NCBI RefSeq assembly: GCF_006345805.1
Contig: NC_043021.1
Span: forward strand, 25,172,001 to 25,236,000
DNA: 64,000 bases
Reading direction: 5' to 3'
From: Octopus sinensis
Taxonomy: Eukaryota
In this document: positions 23,272 through 34,700 of the stretch, in pieces
Position numbering within the stretch: the stretch's first letter is position 1
How the letters are laid out: the number at the start of each line of letters is the position of its first letter
Made by a program: the position numbers and the translations under genes
The notes under the pieces: model-generated
Databases searched by the model: none
What the model saw: only the letters and a program-made list of their open reading frames with translations
Told to the model about the DNA's origin: nothing

Positions 23272-24445
23272 TTAAATAAAGTATATCAAAACCTGGCTGA
23301 GGTTTGAACTCAGATCATTCAATTCAAATCATTCAATTCAAATTCTATAGTGCTAACCATTATGCTATCATTCTCCGTTTTTTTTTATTGGTTGGCTAGT
23401 TTTACAAATTTACATATTTAACAATGACAAAGAGATTCTGACAACAACCTAGCACTATAAAAATTGGTATAAAGCAATTTGTCGTTATTTAGCCCCAGGT
23501 CAGGCCTAATCAGACTTGTGATCAATGACACTCTAGATATGACCAGTCAGTATCTATGACTGACTATGTTATCTGATATGGATATGTTCTTTTCTTTTTA
23601 AAACAAAGTGAGAGGAATTTAGCTGTTATTTTTGGTGTATCAAGCAAATGTGTAAAGCAGTGTTACAAACCATTTTTCACCTCGCATCACTTTTGAGTTT
23701 GCAAAGAATAACATATACACCTCAACTTGCATAGACACAGCATACTTTGATACGTTCTTTGTCACTCAAACATGGAAGAGGAAAACATCAGACCATGGTT
23801 GGTGACAAGATCATGCTGAGGCCTTCATCCTGCTGTGGACTGTGCAAGGATGATGATGATGATGTGCCTTAAATAAGGCTGCAACATAGCATATATGTAT
23901 TGTTATCATCATCTTTTAACGTTTATGTTCCACGCTGGCATGAGATGGACAGTTTGTCCATGAAATGCTTTTGCATGATTTTCACACCTGCAGACTCTTC
24001 CTAATTGCCAATCATTTATATTCAAAAAGAATTTTAATTGCAAGGTTTATTCACTTGTTTACTCACTTCACCACTCTCTGCCAACTGGACAGGATGCCAG
24101 TCCATCACAAGGTTAGCTTCCCAGCTATTTCAGAGTCACTCATTGACTGAAGCAATGTGAAACGAAGTGTTTTGCTAAAGAACATAATGCACTGTCTGGT
24201 CTGGGAATTGAACCTGCAATCTTATGATGGGTGCAGCACTCCTGACCACTAGGCATCACTCTTTCACAGCTGTTTCAAGAATAATCCTGTTGGAATGGTG
24301 GTGAGGAAGGTGGTTGTTTCCCAAACCCAACTTCTGTCACACTTTCCAATGTTCCTTGTACAATTCTCAATGGAGGAAAGAAAACTCGCAATAAGAGATT
24401 CAATTTCATGGACAAAATTTATCTTCCTTCTTCATTTTCTTCTAG

Positions 24446-24521
24446 AAATGACCCCAAAATTGGTTGAGAGTTCCCTTTATGAGATGCTGCAGGAATATAT
24501 GGTAGAAAATGAGTCATTAAG
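24446..24521 (+). CDS. KIF12: KIF12-like coiled-coil exon
   Basis: ttcttctag / gttggt. MTPKLVESSLYEMLQEYMVENESL(R) matches the KIF12 LYxMLQE(F/Y)MxENExLR motif. Phase 1 to 2. Confidence 0.88.
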
Positions 24522-24641
24522 GTTGGTCATCATTGGATTTTTATCTTCTTCTTCCTTTTGATTTTTTCTTTTCCTAATGTCAGGAAGGCCATCCAGCCAT
24601 AGACACCATGCCAAAACATAATTGATGCATGGACAAGTTTC

Positions 24642-24861
24642 GGATCTTTTCCTTTTCCTAAAATGATTTTAGCTCAATAGAGGCCAATGATTGGTTAAAA
24701 TTCGAAAAATTAAACTACCTTAAACTTACAAATTACAATTTTCTCAAGAAAGCCAAGAGAAAAAAATGTTTTATTTTGACACATTCTACCAGTATACGAA
24801 GTTTAAAAGTGTTTAGTTAACTAGAAATTGTTGAAAACTGCCGTTCAAAAGGAAAAGATCC
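24642..24861. mobile_element. MITE with GG...CC ends and an 8-bp TSD (Merlin-like), inserted in a SINE
   Basis: Ends ggatcttttcc...ggaaaagatcc. Flanks caagtttc and caagttcc. Inverted homologue of 19396-19798. Confidence 0.75.
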
Positions 24862-25049
24862 CAAGTTCCTGGCTGGACAGCTCTTGTCAAACTGTCCAAC
24901 ACATGCCAGCATGGATAATGGACTGAAGAATTGCTTTTCTGGCTGTGTATTTATGGCTATTTTAATCTAATAATGCTTCTGCTGCACATAACAGTCGCTC
25001 TCTCTATATATATATATAGATATAGATATATAGATAGATATATAGATAT

Positions 25050-25100
<51 letters not shown>

Positions 25101-25103
<3 letters not shown>

Positions 25104-26594
25104 CCTGCTGATAGCTAAGGAGTAAAATTTAAGATTTCTCGGTTTTCTGTGAATTGATTTTGATAAAACTTTTCCCAGCTGGTTTGCACACAATGGCAAC
25201 ACCATTGTTATGTTTTCATCTCTTCTTTTTTATTTCAGATTCTTCAGTTTTTAGGTGAACCACGCTAATAACGTCTCTCCTCTCTAAGAACAATGGGATG
25301 TGGAAAAGGCCTGAACGATGAAGAGAAGTCTGTCATCATCAAAGAAAGTGCTAAAGGCACCTCTTCATGTCATTGTAGAAACATTAGGTCATCATGTGGA
25401 CAAAGAGGATTCCTGAAGGACCCTTTACTAAGGAAGAAACAATCCGATTGTGGGACCTCCAAGACTGTGACAGCTAGGAATTTAAGGAATATTGGCCACA
25501 AATTATGTGGGAAACCTGGACAAACAAGCAAAGCCATTTTCACTGCCTCCAGACATCCTCATGTACTGAAAACCACCAGAAATTGCATACTCGGGATCAT
25601 GGCTCCTGTACGAGAACCCCTGAAACTGCTTCCTTTAACGACCAATCACAGGAGTTTAAGGCTTCAATAGGCCCAAAATGTTCTGTTCGCTGATGAAACC
25701 AGGGCGATCCTTGACGGACCTGACGGTTGGGCAAATGGTTAGGTCTGTTTTAGTGATGAGCATCACCAACGTTTATGAAGTCAATAACAGGGTGGAGGAG
25801 TCATGTTGTGGTCTGGTATCATTGGAGACAGACTTGTTAGCCCAGTCAAAGTGCCTGAATGGGTTATAGTGACCACAGCCACCTACTGCAATCACCGGAA
25901 GGAGGTCTTGGATCCCTGGCTAAATGACATACCACTGTCACTTCTAAGAAATCTCATATTCATGCATGACAACACTCCCACCCACTCTGCTAGGACTATC
26001 CAAACATTACTAGGATCTTACAGCATACAAGGTGAAAGGTTCGTGTGGCCACCAGCATCTCTGGATCAAAACCCTATCGAAAATCTTTGGTCTATCATTA
26101 AACAATATGTCAATGGATGCCAATTTATGCCAAAAGATGTCTTATGGGCGACCATCAAAGCTGCGGCAGAACCAGTCCAACCTGCTACTATTAAGAAATT
26201 GACAGATTCCATGACTAATAGGGTTTTTTGAAGTTATCCGTCGAAATGGCACTCATGTGGCTAAATAATTCATTATGTCAATAAATCTTATAATATTATT
26301 TTGGTTTTCTGTTAAATATAGACTCAATGTATGCTTAACATGTATCATTACCCTTCATTTTCTACAAAAAGAAATGTCTAGATGGGCTATTTTCATTCAA
26401 AAGCTATTAGCATGGTTCTCCCAAAAACTGAAGAATCTGAAATAAAAAAGAAAGGACAATACACAGAATAATGAAAACGCAACAATGGTGTTGCCATGTT
26501 GTGCAGACCAGCTGGGAAAAGTGTTATCAAAATTGATTCTCAGAAAACCAAGAAATCCTAAATTTCACTCCTAGGCTATTAGCATGGTTCTGGG
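25101..26594 (+). mobile_element. Tc1-like (DD34E) transposon with long IR/DR ends, decayed
   Basis: About 170-190 bp inverted ends. 17-bp direct repeat gctattagcatggttct at 26403 and 26575; TA follows. Transposase from ATG 25293 includes DETRAILDGPDGW, FMHDNTPTHSA and WPPASLDQNPIENLW. Confidence 0.9.
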
Positions 26595-26673
26595 TATATA
26601 TATATATATATATTTCTGTTTCTCCTGCCTCATTGCTTGTGTTCTGCTGATAATTCTGTGTTGTTGCTTCCAG

Positions 26674-26781
26674 ATCTGAGAACAGACAACTCTACCAAGA
26701 AAATGGTGGCCTCCTCCAAGAACAGAAGCAGTTGTATAAAGAGAATGAGACTTTTCTTTATCAACTGGAGCAACTGGAGAG
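26674..26781 (+). CDS. KIF12: KIF12-like coiled-coil exon
   Basis: ttgcttccag / gtttgc. (R)SENRQLYQENGGLLQEQKQLYKENETFLYQLEQLE(R). Phase 2 to 2. Confidence 0.8.
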
Positions 26782-26805
26782 GTTTGCAAGAGCATTTATT
26801 TTACA

Positions 26806-26862
<57 letters not shown>

Positions 26863-27572
26863 ACATTCTGAAGCATTTAATTCCCATTTGGAAGAGAATA
26901 GAAGTATTTTTTTATTTTTACAAGGATTTGTTTTTTCTACCAACAAATGCCAAATAGTGAAGATTGGTGCAAGGACTCAAATTTTCTTGGGGCCACCAAT
27001 AGAATCTTCACTCATATTTATAAATGGGAGAACAAGTGTACCCTAATGTAAAGTTTGTGTGTGTGGGTCCCAAGGTTCTCTGACACTCACTCCTTCTTTT
27101 AAAGTGATCTAAATTAAAAACATTCCATCAAGATTCCAAAAAGTAACTTAATAATCACAAAGTTATTTCGCTAAACTCTACCTCTGCCACTTGAGGAGAT
27201 GTTTGTAGAATGAAAACCAGCACCAGACCCAACACTTTTGAAAATACATCCTTGAGCTCAGAATAGTCAAAGCATAGAATAAACTAACCACATCAGTTGT
27301 TAGCTGTCCAAACACTGCATCTTTCAACAATTCCATACCTGATGAAATTCACCCCAGCTCTACTCCTTATGTACCCATATCCACCCTTTCCTCTCTCTGA
27401 CTCTTAATTATCTCATCTTTTTCTGTTTTATTCTCTGCACTTGACTTTGGTTTTTCTAGCTTCCTTTACTTCCAAGACTACTTTCTGTCCCCTCTTTTAC
27501 TCTTTCTAAACAAGCTGCAGTGCATCGAAGCATTACATACAATATGTTCATTATTATTATTATTACTATTTC

Positions 27573-27780
27573 TGGTGAGCTGACAGAATCGTTATTTCAC
27601 CGGCAAAAGTGCTTAGCAGCATTTTGTCCCTCTTTACATTCTAAGTTCAAAATCTGCTGAGGCTCACTTTGCCCTTCATCCTTTAGATGGTCAATAAAAT
27701 AAGCACCAGTTGAGTACTGGGGTCGATGGAATTGACGTAACCCCTCCCCAAAATTGAAACCATCATTATTATTATTATTT
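27573..27780 (+). mobile_element. tRNA-derived SINE with (ATT)n tail
   Basis: ggtgagctgacagaatcg (A-box-like), gttcaaaatc (B-box-like) and the gtactggggtcgat body shared with 30362 and 52708. Confidence 0.8.
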
Positions 27781-28201
27781 TCTGTTTATTACCGATTTTG
27801 TTGGAGTTCCTGGTGTCTTGCATGCGTAGCAGGCTTCCTACCTGCAGCCTACGGTACCAAGCTGTTCTTTTCAACTATCTAATATTTACTGAGTATTCTG
27901 GCCATGGCAAGGAGGCAGATGAAAACCCACAGCTTATTTTGCCGGGTATGATGGAAAGTGTCAGCTGTCCACAGCCAGCAGACTAAAGTGACACTCGTCT
28001 ACTGGTTATGCTTCCAGAACCCTGTGAAGTATTTTTGCAGTTCCAAGCAGTGCTGATTTTTGTAGGTGTTCTACCTTCAAACTTGTACCAATCTATTTGA
28101 ACTGTGTTGGTAGTTGAGTGCTGATGCTTCCAAGTGCACCAATTACTAGGAGTTTCATGTCTAACTCACTTCATTGACTACAACTTTCATATTTCCCACT
28201 C
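27781..28201 (-). mobile_element. R4/Dong-type (RLE) LINE 3' fragment A
   Basis: Minus strand VIGALGS...VEHLQKSALLGTAKILHRVLEA*, ending in (TAA)n. Confidence 0.75.
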
Positions 28202-28211
28202 AAATCATCAT

Positions 28212-28510
28212 ATTATTATTTATTGCCTTTGCACAGCTTCTAATGCTGGAGATGTGCTACAGTGTCAGCTGTTCACTAACAGTAAACTAAGGTAACACCC
28301 CTTATTTATCAATCACCATCCAGAGTATTCAAGTAGTGCTGTTTTCTGCAAGCGCTCTACCCTTATTGCAGCCCCTGTTTGTTCCATGTACTTCTCTAGA
28401 TTTTTACTCAGTTCCCAGGGCTCCGACGATTATTGGTACTATTACCACCTTTTTCAGCGACCATAACTGCTTAATCTCCCAAGCTAACCTGTCATATCTA
28501 TTGACTTTTC
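28212..28510 (-). mobile_element. R4/Dong-type (RLE) LINE 3' fragment B
   Basis: Minus strand RYDRLAWEIKQLWSLKKVVIVPIIVGALGT..KNLEKYMEQTGAAIRVERLQKTALL, ending in (TAA)n. Confidence 0.78.
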
Positions 28511-28834
28511 TAGAATGTCTGGAATGGCCATGTATGCAAACCAGAAAGACAGGTGGCCATCATATCAAACACCACCTCAACTCACAAATTCTAATGAAAG
28601 ATTTGGAGCTGGGTACAAAACCAAAGCAACAACCACTTACGGACAGGTACACACGTCTTTGGACCTTTTTTTTTTTAATGTCTTCCTGTGTTCAAAGAAT
28701 CCATTTTATTAATTCCTGGTTAAAGTTTAATGTAATTGCTTTGCAAATTATAAATGTAAGGAAATATAACTTTAGGTAAGAGTTAATAGCAGAATTTGTA
28801 GAATAACAATGTAAACAAACACAAACACACACAC

Positions 28835-28887
<53 letters not shown>

Positions 28888-29042
28888 AATGGCTAATAAT
28901 TAAGAAGCTTGCCTCCTGACCATGTCTTGTGTTCAGTCCCACTGCACAGCACCTTGCACGAGTGTTGTCTACAACCCAAGGCCAATATTTTTTATTAATT
29001 GGCATCTTTATGTATCAGGTTCTGTATGTGACTGTTTTAATC

Positions 29043-29939
29043 ATGCCATGTACAAAAAAAGCCTTGGAACCGTCCGAATTTCAAAGATGCCATGTTGTGG
29101 ATCATTCTGAAGGTGGACACAGTCAACAAAAAATTGCAGAAAACCTTTGGATCCTGCTTTCTACAGTTAATAGAGTGATTGTGCAATTCACCAGAGAGGG
29201 GAAGGAGTCGACATCAATCAGGGCCCTCTAACGAGACCCTTCTCTTTGCTAAGAGAAGTGTTGAGGATAATCCTCATTGCAAGGCCTCTGACATAGAAGA
29301 ACATGATGTCTGTCCCAGAACAGCTGCCAGGTATCTCCACAAGCTTGGTTACTATGGCAGAGCAGCAAGAAGGAAACCACTTCTTTGACCAGCCAGCATC
29401 AAGCAAAGAAAAGATTGGGCCAATAAGATGGTGGAGAGGCCACTAGCATTTTGGGACACTGTCAAATTCTTTGATGAGTCCAGATTTGCTGTATTTCCTC
29501 ACAGTGGTCGAATGTGGATCTGGAGACACTGTGATCAAGAATTTGATGTGAAAAGAATGCAGCCAACAATGAAATGCAGCAGCTATTCTATGATGGTCTG
29601 GGGAGCAATTTAGAGCAATTTAGAACTGGTGGAGTGTAAGGGAAACAAACTCAGATAAATATGTATTCATGACCCAAAATTTTTTGGAGAATGGTATTAA
29701 AAAGCTTTCATGGTCAAGCCAGTCACCAGATGTGAACCCTACTGAACACCCCTGGGACATAATGGACAGGACACTTTTTTAAAAAGAGCAAGAAAGCATT
29801 TTTAAAGCCAGATCTTTTAAGATTTCTGCATGAAACTTGGCAAGAAATTCCTGAAGAGAATATTTGTCATCTGATCAGTAACAAGCCTAATAGGGTCGTT
29901 GCATTCAAAAATGCAAAGGGCCTGTCTACTGAATATTAA
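29043..29939 (+). mobile_element. Tc1-like transposase remnant (second family)
   Basis: [15 protein letters not shown]... GRAARRKPLL ... KFFDESRF ... MMVWGAI ... SPDVNPTEHPWD, with stops, frameshifts and an internal deletion. Confidence 0.88.
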
Positions 29940-30361
29940 ATATTCACATTATAACAATTAATACATAATCTGAATGTATAATTTCAGATTTAAAGAAATT
30001 TTAATGATTATAAGGCGGTCTATTTACGTTATGTCTGTGTATGTATATCTATATATGTGTTTGTCAAGAAATCACATGATGTCTATGAATGAACAGAGCT
30101 CCTTAACCACACAGCCATGTTTTACACATTTCTCATTCCTTGGCTTCACAAGCAAAAATTCATAATAGCACTGATATATATATTCAGAAAATAAAACATT
30201 TGAGGCAGAGAGCATCTCTTATTTGTTCTGCAACAGAGGACCAGGATTGATATCTTGAAATATTCTTCTTACATTTCATGAACTTAAAAAACTGGTCAGG
30301 TCCTCGTCCCTAGTGTTTTGTCATTGTGTGAGTGTGTGTTGGTCAAACACATTATTATTAA

Positions 30362-30750
30362 GGCGGTGAGCTGGCAGAATCGTTGGCACAAATGCTTAGT
30401 GGTATTCTGAGTTCAAATTCTGTCGAGGTCAATTTTGCCTTTCATCCTTTTGGGATAAATTAAGTACCAGTTGTGTACTGGGGTCGATCTAATTGACTGG
30501 CCTTCCTCTCCAAAAATTTTGGGCCTTGTGCCTAGAGAAGAGAAGAATCATTGGCACACCACACAAAATGCTTAGTGGCATTTCATCCATCTGCACATTC
30601 TGAGTTCAAATTCCACTGAGGTTGACTTTGCCTTTTGTCCTTTCAGGGTCAATAAAACAAGTACCAGTTGAGCATCAGGGTCAATCTAATCATCTTAGCC
30701 TCTTCTTTGAAATTTCTGGCCTTCTGCCAAAATTTGAAACTATTGTTATT
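30362..30750 (+). mobile_element. Two tandem tRNA-derived SINEs
   Basis: ggcggtgagctggcagaatcg...gagttcaaattc... occurs twice; the second copy is 5'-truncated and starts near 30545. Confidence 0.82.
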
Positions 30751-30789
30751 GCATGACTAGTAATGAAGGAATTGTCTGTTTTGTTGAAG

Positions 30790-30941
30790 GGAAATGGTTT
30801 CTATCTCCTGGATCCAATCTACCCCATGAGCAACTCCTTTGATTACCCAAATCATTTTCCAGACAGGAATCTCATAAAGCATTCAGACTTCACCATTATG
30901 AAACCAACTCCTCTCTCAAGATCTTCAGACAATTCCTTCAG
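30790..30941 (+). CDS. KIF12: KIF12-like tail exon, 5' boundary uncertain (alternative AGs give starts at 30761, 30863, 30867)
   Basis: Strong donor cag|gtaaga at 30942. Open frame GNGFYLLDPIYPMSNSFDYPNHFPDRNLIKHSDFTIMKPTPLSRSSDNSF(R) ends in phase 2, matching the next exon. Confidence 0.5.
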
Positions 30942-31469
30942 GTAAGAAGAAATGACAAAACAAACTCTAAATACTGACACTTTGACTTGTCCCAACTTTT
31001 GTTGTGTTTCACTTGTTGTTGTTGTTGTTGTTACTGCTGTTGATGTCATTTGTTGCTGCTACTGTGGACATTTGTCATTTTGGTTTTCAACATAATTTTT
31101 CAAAACATGAGAAAACAAAGTTAAGATACATGAACTGTCAATTCTTTTTCTTCACATTAAATTCTAATATAATTGTTATCTACTCCGTTTGAAACATACT
31201 TGGAGAAAATTTCATTAAAGACCATCCATTTTTCAGAAAGTTTTGAGGAAACATAATCAGTGGGGGGGGGGGACTTCTATAGCCATGTCACAACAAATAA
31301 ACATTTGTTTTGTGATTGAATCTTGCAATAATAAAAGAAACTTGAAAATCACATTTTGATAAAAAAAAATATAAAACTGGAATTTATAAGAATTCTCTAG
31401 ACAGTGTACATTTTAATAATTGCATACTCAAAACTAATTTATAAGCAACCTTCTTTATTATAGTATAGA

Positions 31470-31500
<31 letters not shown>

Positions 31501-31510
31501 CATCATTCAG

Positions 31511-31623
31511 GCTATTACAAAACTCCAACAGGTTTCAAAGACAATTGCCACAGAAGGATTTTTTAAAAAGAGAATCCTATCCAAGAAGTGTTCTGCCAAA
31601 CAACAAACAATGGGATTCAGTCG
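31511..31623 (+). CDS. KIF12: KIF12-like tail exon
   Basis: catcattcag / gtaagg. (R)LLQNSNRFQRQLPQKDFLKRESYPRSVLPNNKQWDSV+g. Phase 2 to 1. Confidence 0.65.
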
Positions 31624-32439
31624 GTAAGGTTATCCCACCTACCCTTCTTGCTCTCCTTTCTCCACCTCATATCTTGAACATCCACCCTGACACCTCATCA
31701 CCATTATTTGAATCTCTTTCCAGTTCTACCCCCAGCCTCTTCCATCTTCCTTTTCATAATGTGAATAACCACGTAATTTCCTCTATAACAAGAAACCTGT
31801 TCTGGTCCAGAACCTTCTCTCTCATTTTAACCCCTTGTCTCATAGCATAAATCTGTCCCTTTCCTCTAATCAGTTGAAGGGGCCCTTAGTCTTGCAAATT
31901 GCATGGTGAACCCTCTCATGCTCAGGCCACGAATAAAGCACCCAATCCATGTCATAGAGTGGTTGGCATTAAAAAGAGCATTCAGTTGTAGAAACCATGC
32001 CGAAGTTCAGCTCTGTTCGATCCTAGCAAATCATCGGCCCCTGCCATACCAATTTGGAAGATGGCCATTAAAAAAGGATGATGTGGTTCTTGTTGTTGTT
32101 GTCTAGTCCCCACCAAATCAGTCCTGATCAAGCAAACTTGTGAGATTTCTAAATACTTTTTCTAATTTTTCATATTACCCCATCACAAAATACAATTTCT
32201 TTCATCTTTTCATTGGTCTTTGTCACATGTCTAAATCATACACTGTCCTGTCTTGGAAAAAACATCCCAATTGTGACCGTCCTGTCTTTGAAAAATGTTC
32301 TGAATGCAGCCATCTTGTCTTCATGCATTCCAACTGTGATCACCCAGTCTGTTCTTTTTAAGCATATTTCACCACGAGCATCCTGTATTCACAATTAAGC
32401 CCTCTTTTTTTTGTGTGTGTGCGTGCGTATGTGAGCCCC

Positions 32440-32710
32440 ATGATGCAAGTCACTCTGCCAGGAATTTGGAAATAACTTACTGTGCGGCTTGGTATTCACG
32501 TCAGAAACTCCAATACGAACATTTCACAGTGTTTGGGTGTGAATCTGAGGACATGTACTGAGAGTGATAAAAATCAAACATCCAGTCAACATCATGGTGT
32601 TTGGGGTGATCACCAGTGATGGTGACATTATGCCTCCATTCATCTTCCCACACAGCCTCAGACTCAACACAGAGGCCTACATCAAGTGTCTGGAGGAGGT
32701 AGTGCACACA
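32440..32710 (+). mobile_element. Deleted Tc1/mariner (maT/rosa-like) fragment
   Basis: HPVNIMVFGVITSDGDIMPPFIFPHSLRLNTEAYIKCLEEVV. Confidence 0.7.
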
Positions 32711-32890
32711 TACTTGACCGTTTTGCTTCAAATGTCCAAGTGAAGGGGTACAAACAGTTGCTAGTTTGGTGTCAGTAGGTTTGTAACCCATTCATTTTAG
32801 AGTTTGGATATCTCGTTTACACAAAAACTTATGGTTTAGTTATCAGTTTTGATGATTTTGTGTTTTGTTTGTTTTGTTTTTTTTCTGCAG

Positions 32891-32997
32891 ATTCTGTTGA
32901 AGTTTTCAACCAAAGACTGCGAGAAGAACTAGCAGCAATTAATGGGGAGATCAAATATGAACAGATAAGTCAAGCAACTTCAAAATCTCTTTTCTGA
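32891..32997 (+). CDS. KIF12: KIF12-like terminal coding exon
   Basis: Long T tract plus ctgcag acceptor. (D)SVEVFNQRLREELAAINGEIKYEQISQATSKSLF-TGA, a heptad-like C-terminal helix. Confidence 0.7.
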
Positions 32998-34381
32998 CCT
33001 ATTTTCCTGTTCTCAAGAAGCTCGCCTCCACCAAAATAATCTTTATCATCTTATGGGGATTAAGGAGCCGATGGATGAAAACATGTCCAAGCTTCAATGA
33101 ATCAACAGAAACTGAAAAAAATCATAAACTGGATAAATGTTCCTATTTTAAATGTTTTCATGAAGACACGGCTGGGTGGTTGTTTGCCAATCACTTGGTT
33201 TCAGGTTCAGTCTTAAGGTGTGGCATCTTGGGCAAGTGTCTTCTATAGCTTGGGTGTGAATTTAAAAAGGATCAAAAGGTCTTTAAGGCCAGTTTCCCCA
33301 GATTCTGAGGTGTGTTTTTCCCCACCTGGACAGGACACCAAAGTGTTTTGCTCAAGAACACAATGCATTGCCCTGATCAGGAATACAAGTTCAACACCTT
33401 AACCGCTCCCGTCTACTTGAGTGAATTTGATAGATGGAAACTGAAAGAAGCCCATCATATATGTGTGAGTTACATAGGCAGTGCTATTCATTTCCAATAT
33501 TCTATGAAAATATGCCTGGCTGTGGGGAAATATTACCTTTGTTGGAAACAGGTGAGGATTGATGGCAGGAAGAGCATCCAGCCACTGAAAATGTGCCTCA
33601 ATAAACTCCATCCGACCCATGCAAGCATGGAAAAATGGATGTTAAAATGACAACAATGATGATGATGTTCTGAAATTTAATTTCCTGCTTCAGTCTGCAG
33701 CAGTTTAATCTGGAGGTAGAATTATTCATGGAAACAGTGATTTTTTTCTGTAATTCAGGCAGGTAATCAAGAGAGAACACTTCTTTGCTTGAAGACAGTT
33801 CATCCCTGGGGTCAATTTTTGACCATTGAGAAATGATGATTGTCAGATACCTTACAAAGGTGAAAATAAAATTCCGTCACCTCATCATATCCTCCTTGTT
33901 TGTTTTAAAGAACCATTGTTTTCCTTTTTGTTGTGGTTCAATTTCCATAAAACAGAGCAGTTGACATTAGAAAAGGCATCTGGTCCTAGAAGCCATGCCA
34001 AAGGTGACCTAGCTCTGTGGCTCATCAGATCCTGTCACGCTGGACCAACTTGTGCCAGCATGGAAGGCAGATGTTAAATGAAGACCAGCCTCAGCAATAA
34101 CTCAATTTTTGAAAGAGATAATTGTTGTTGTTTGAGGTTTTACATCAAACTCCAGCAAGATTTCAACTCACAGGAACTTAGCAGCATTTCATCTGTCTTT
34201 TATGTTCTGAGTTCAACTTTACCTTACATCCTTTCAGGGTCGATAAATTAAGTACCAGCTGCATACTGGGGTTAATCTAATCGACTGGCCCCCTCCTCCA
34301 AAATTTCAGGCCTTGTGCCTAGAGTAGAAAGGAATATACAGGAACAGAATTACATAAGCTACAGCCTAATTCTATTGTCCA

Positions 34382-34700
34382 CATCATCATCATCGTTTAA
34401 CATCCGCTTTCCATGCTGGCATGGGTTGGACGGTTCAACTGGGGTCTGGGAAACCAGAAGGCTGCACCAGGCCCAGTCTGATCTGGCAGTGTTTCTATGG
34501 CTGGATGCCCTTCCTAACGCCAACCACTCCGTGAGTGTAGTGGGTGCTTTTTACGTGCCAGACGAAGCTGGCAACAGCCACGATCGGATGGTGCTTTTTA
34601 CGTGCCACCAGCACTGGGCGGTGCTGGCAACGGCCACATTCGGATGGTTCTCTTATGTGCCAGGATCTTACTATGAAGTCTACATCAATAATCCTTAACC
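34382..34700 (-). mobile_element. RTE-tail SINE, same family as 54966-55395
   Basis: Shared tail and the ggccac..tcggatggtgctttttac unit. Confidence 0.85.

Noticed and set aside
29988-30027. Candidate missing KIF12 exon (FKEILMIIRRSIY, phase 2 to 0)
   Set aside because: The phase fits, but the acceptor tract and donor (gttatg) are weak and there is no similarity support.
30362-30430. tRNA-like A and B boxes (also at 27573, 46900-46970, 47160-47233 and 52708)
   Set aside because: These are SINE heads continuing into SINE bodies, with no complete cloverleaf.
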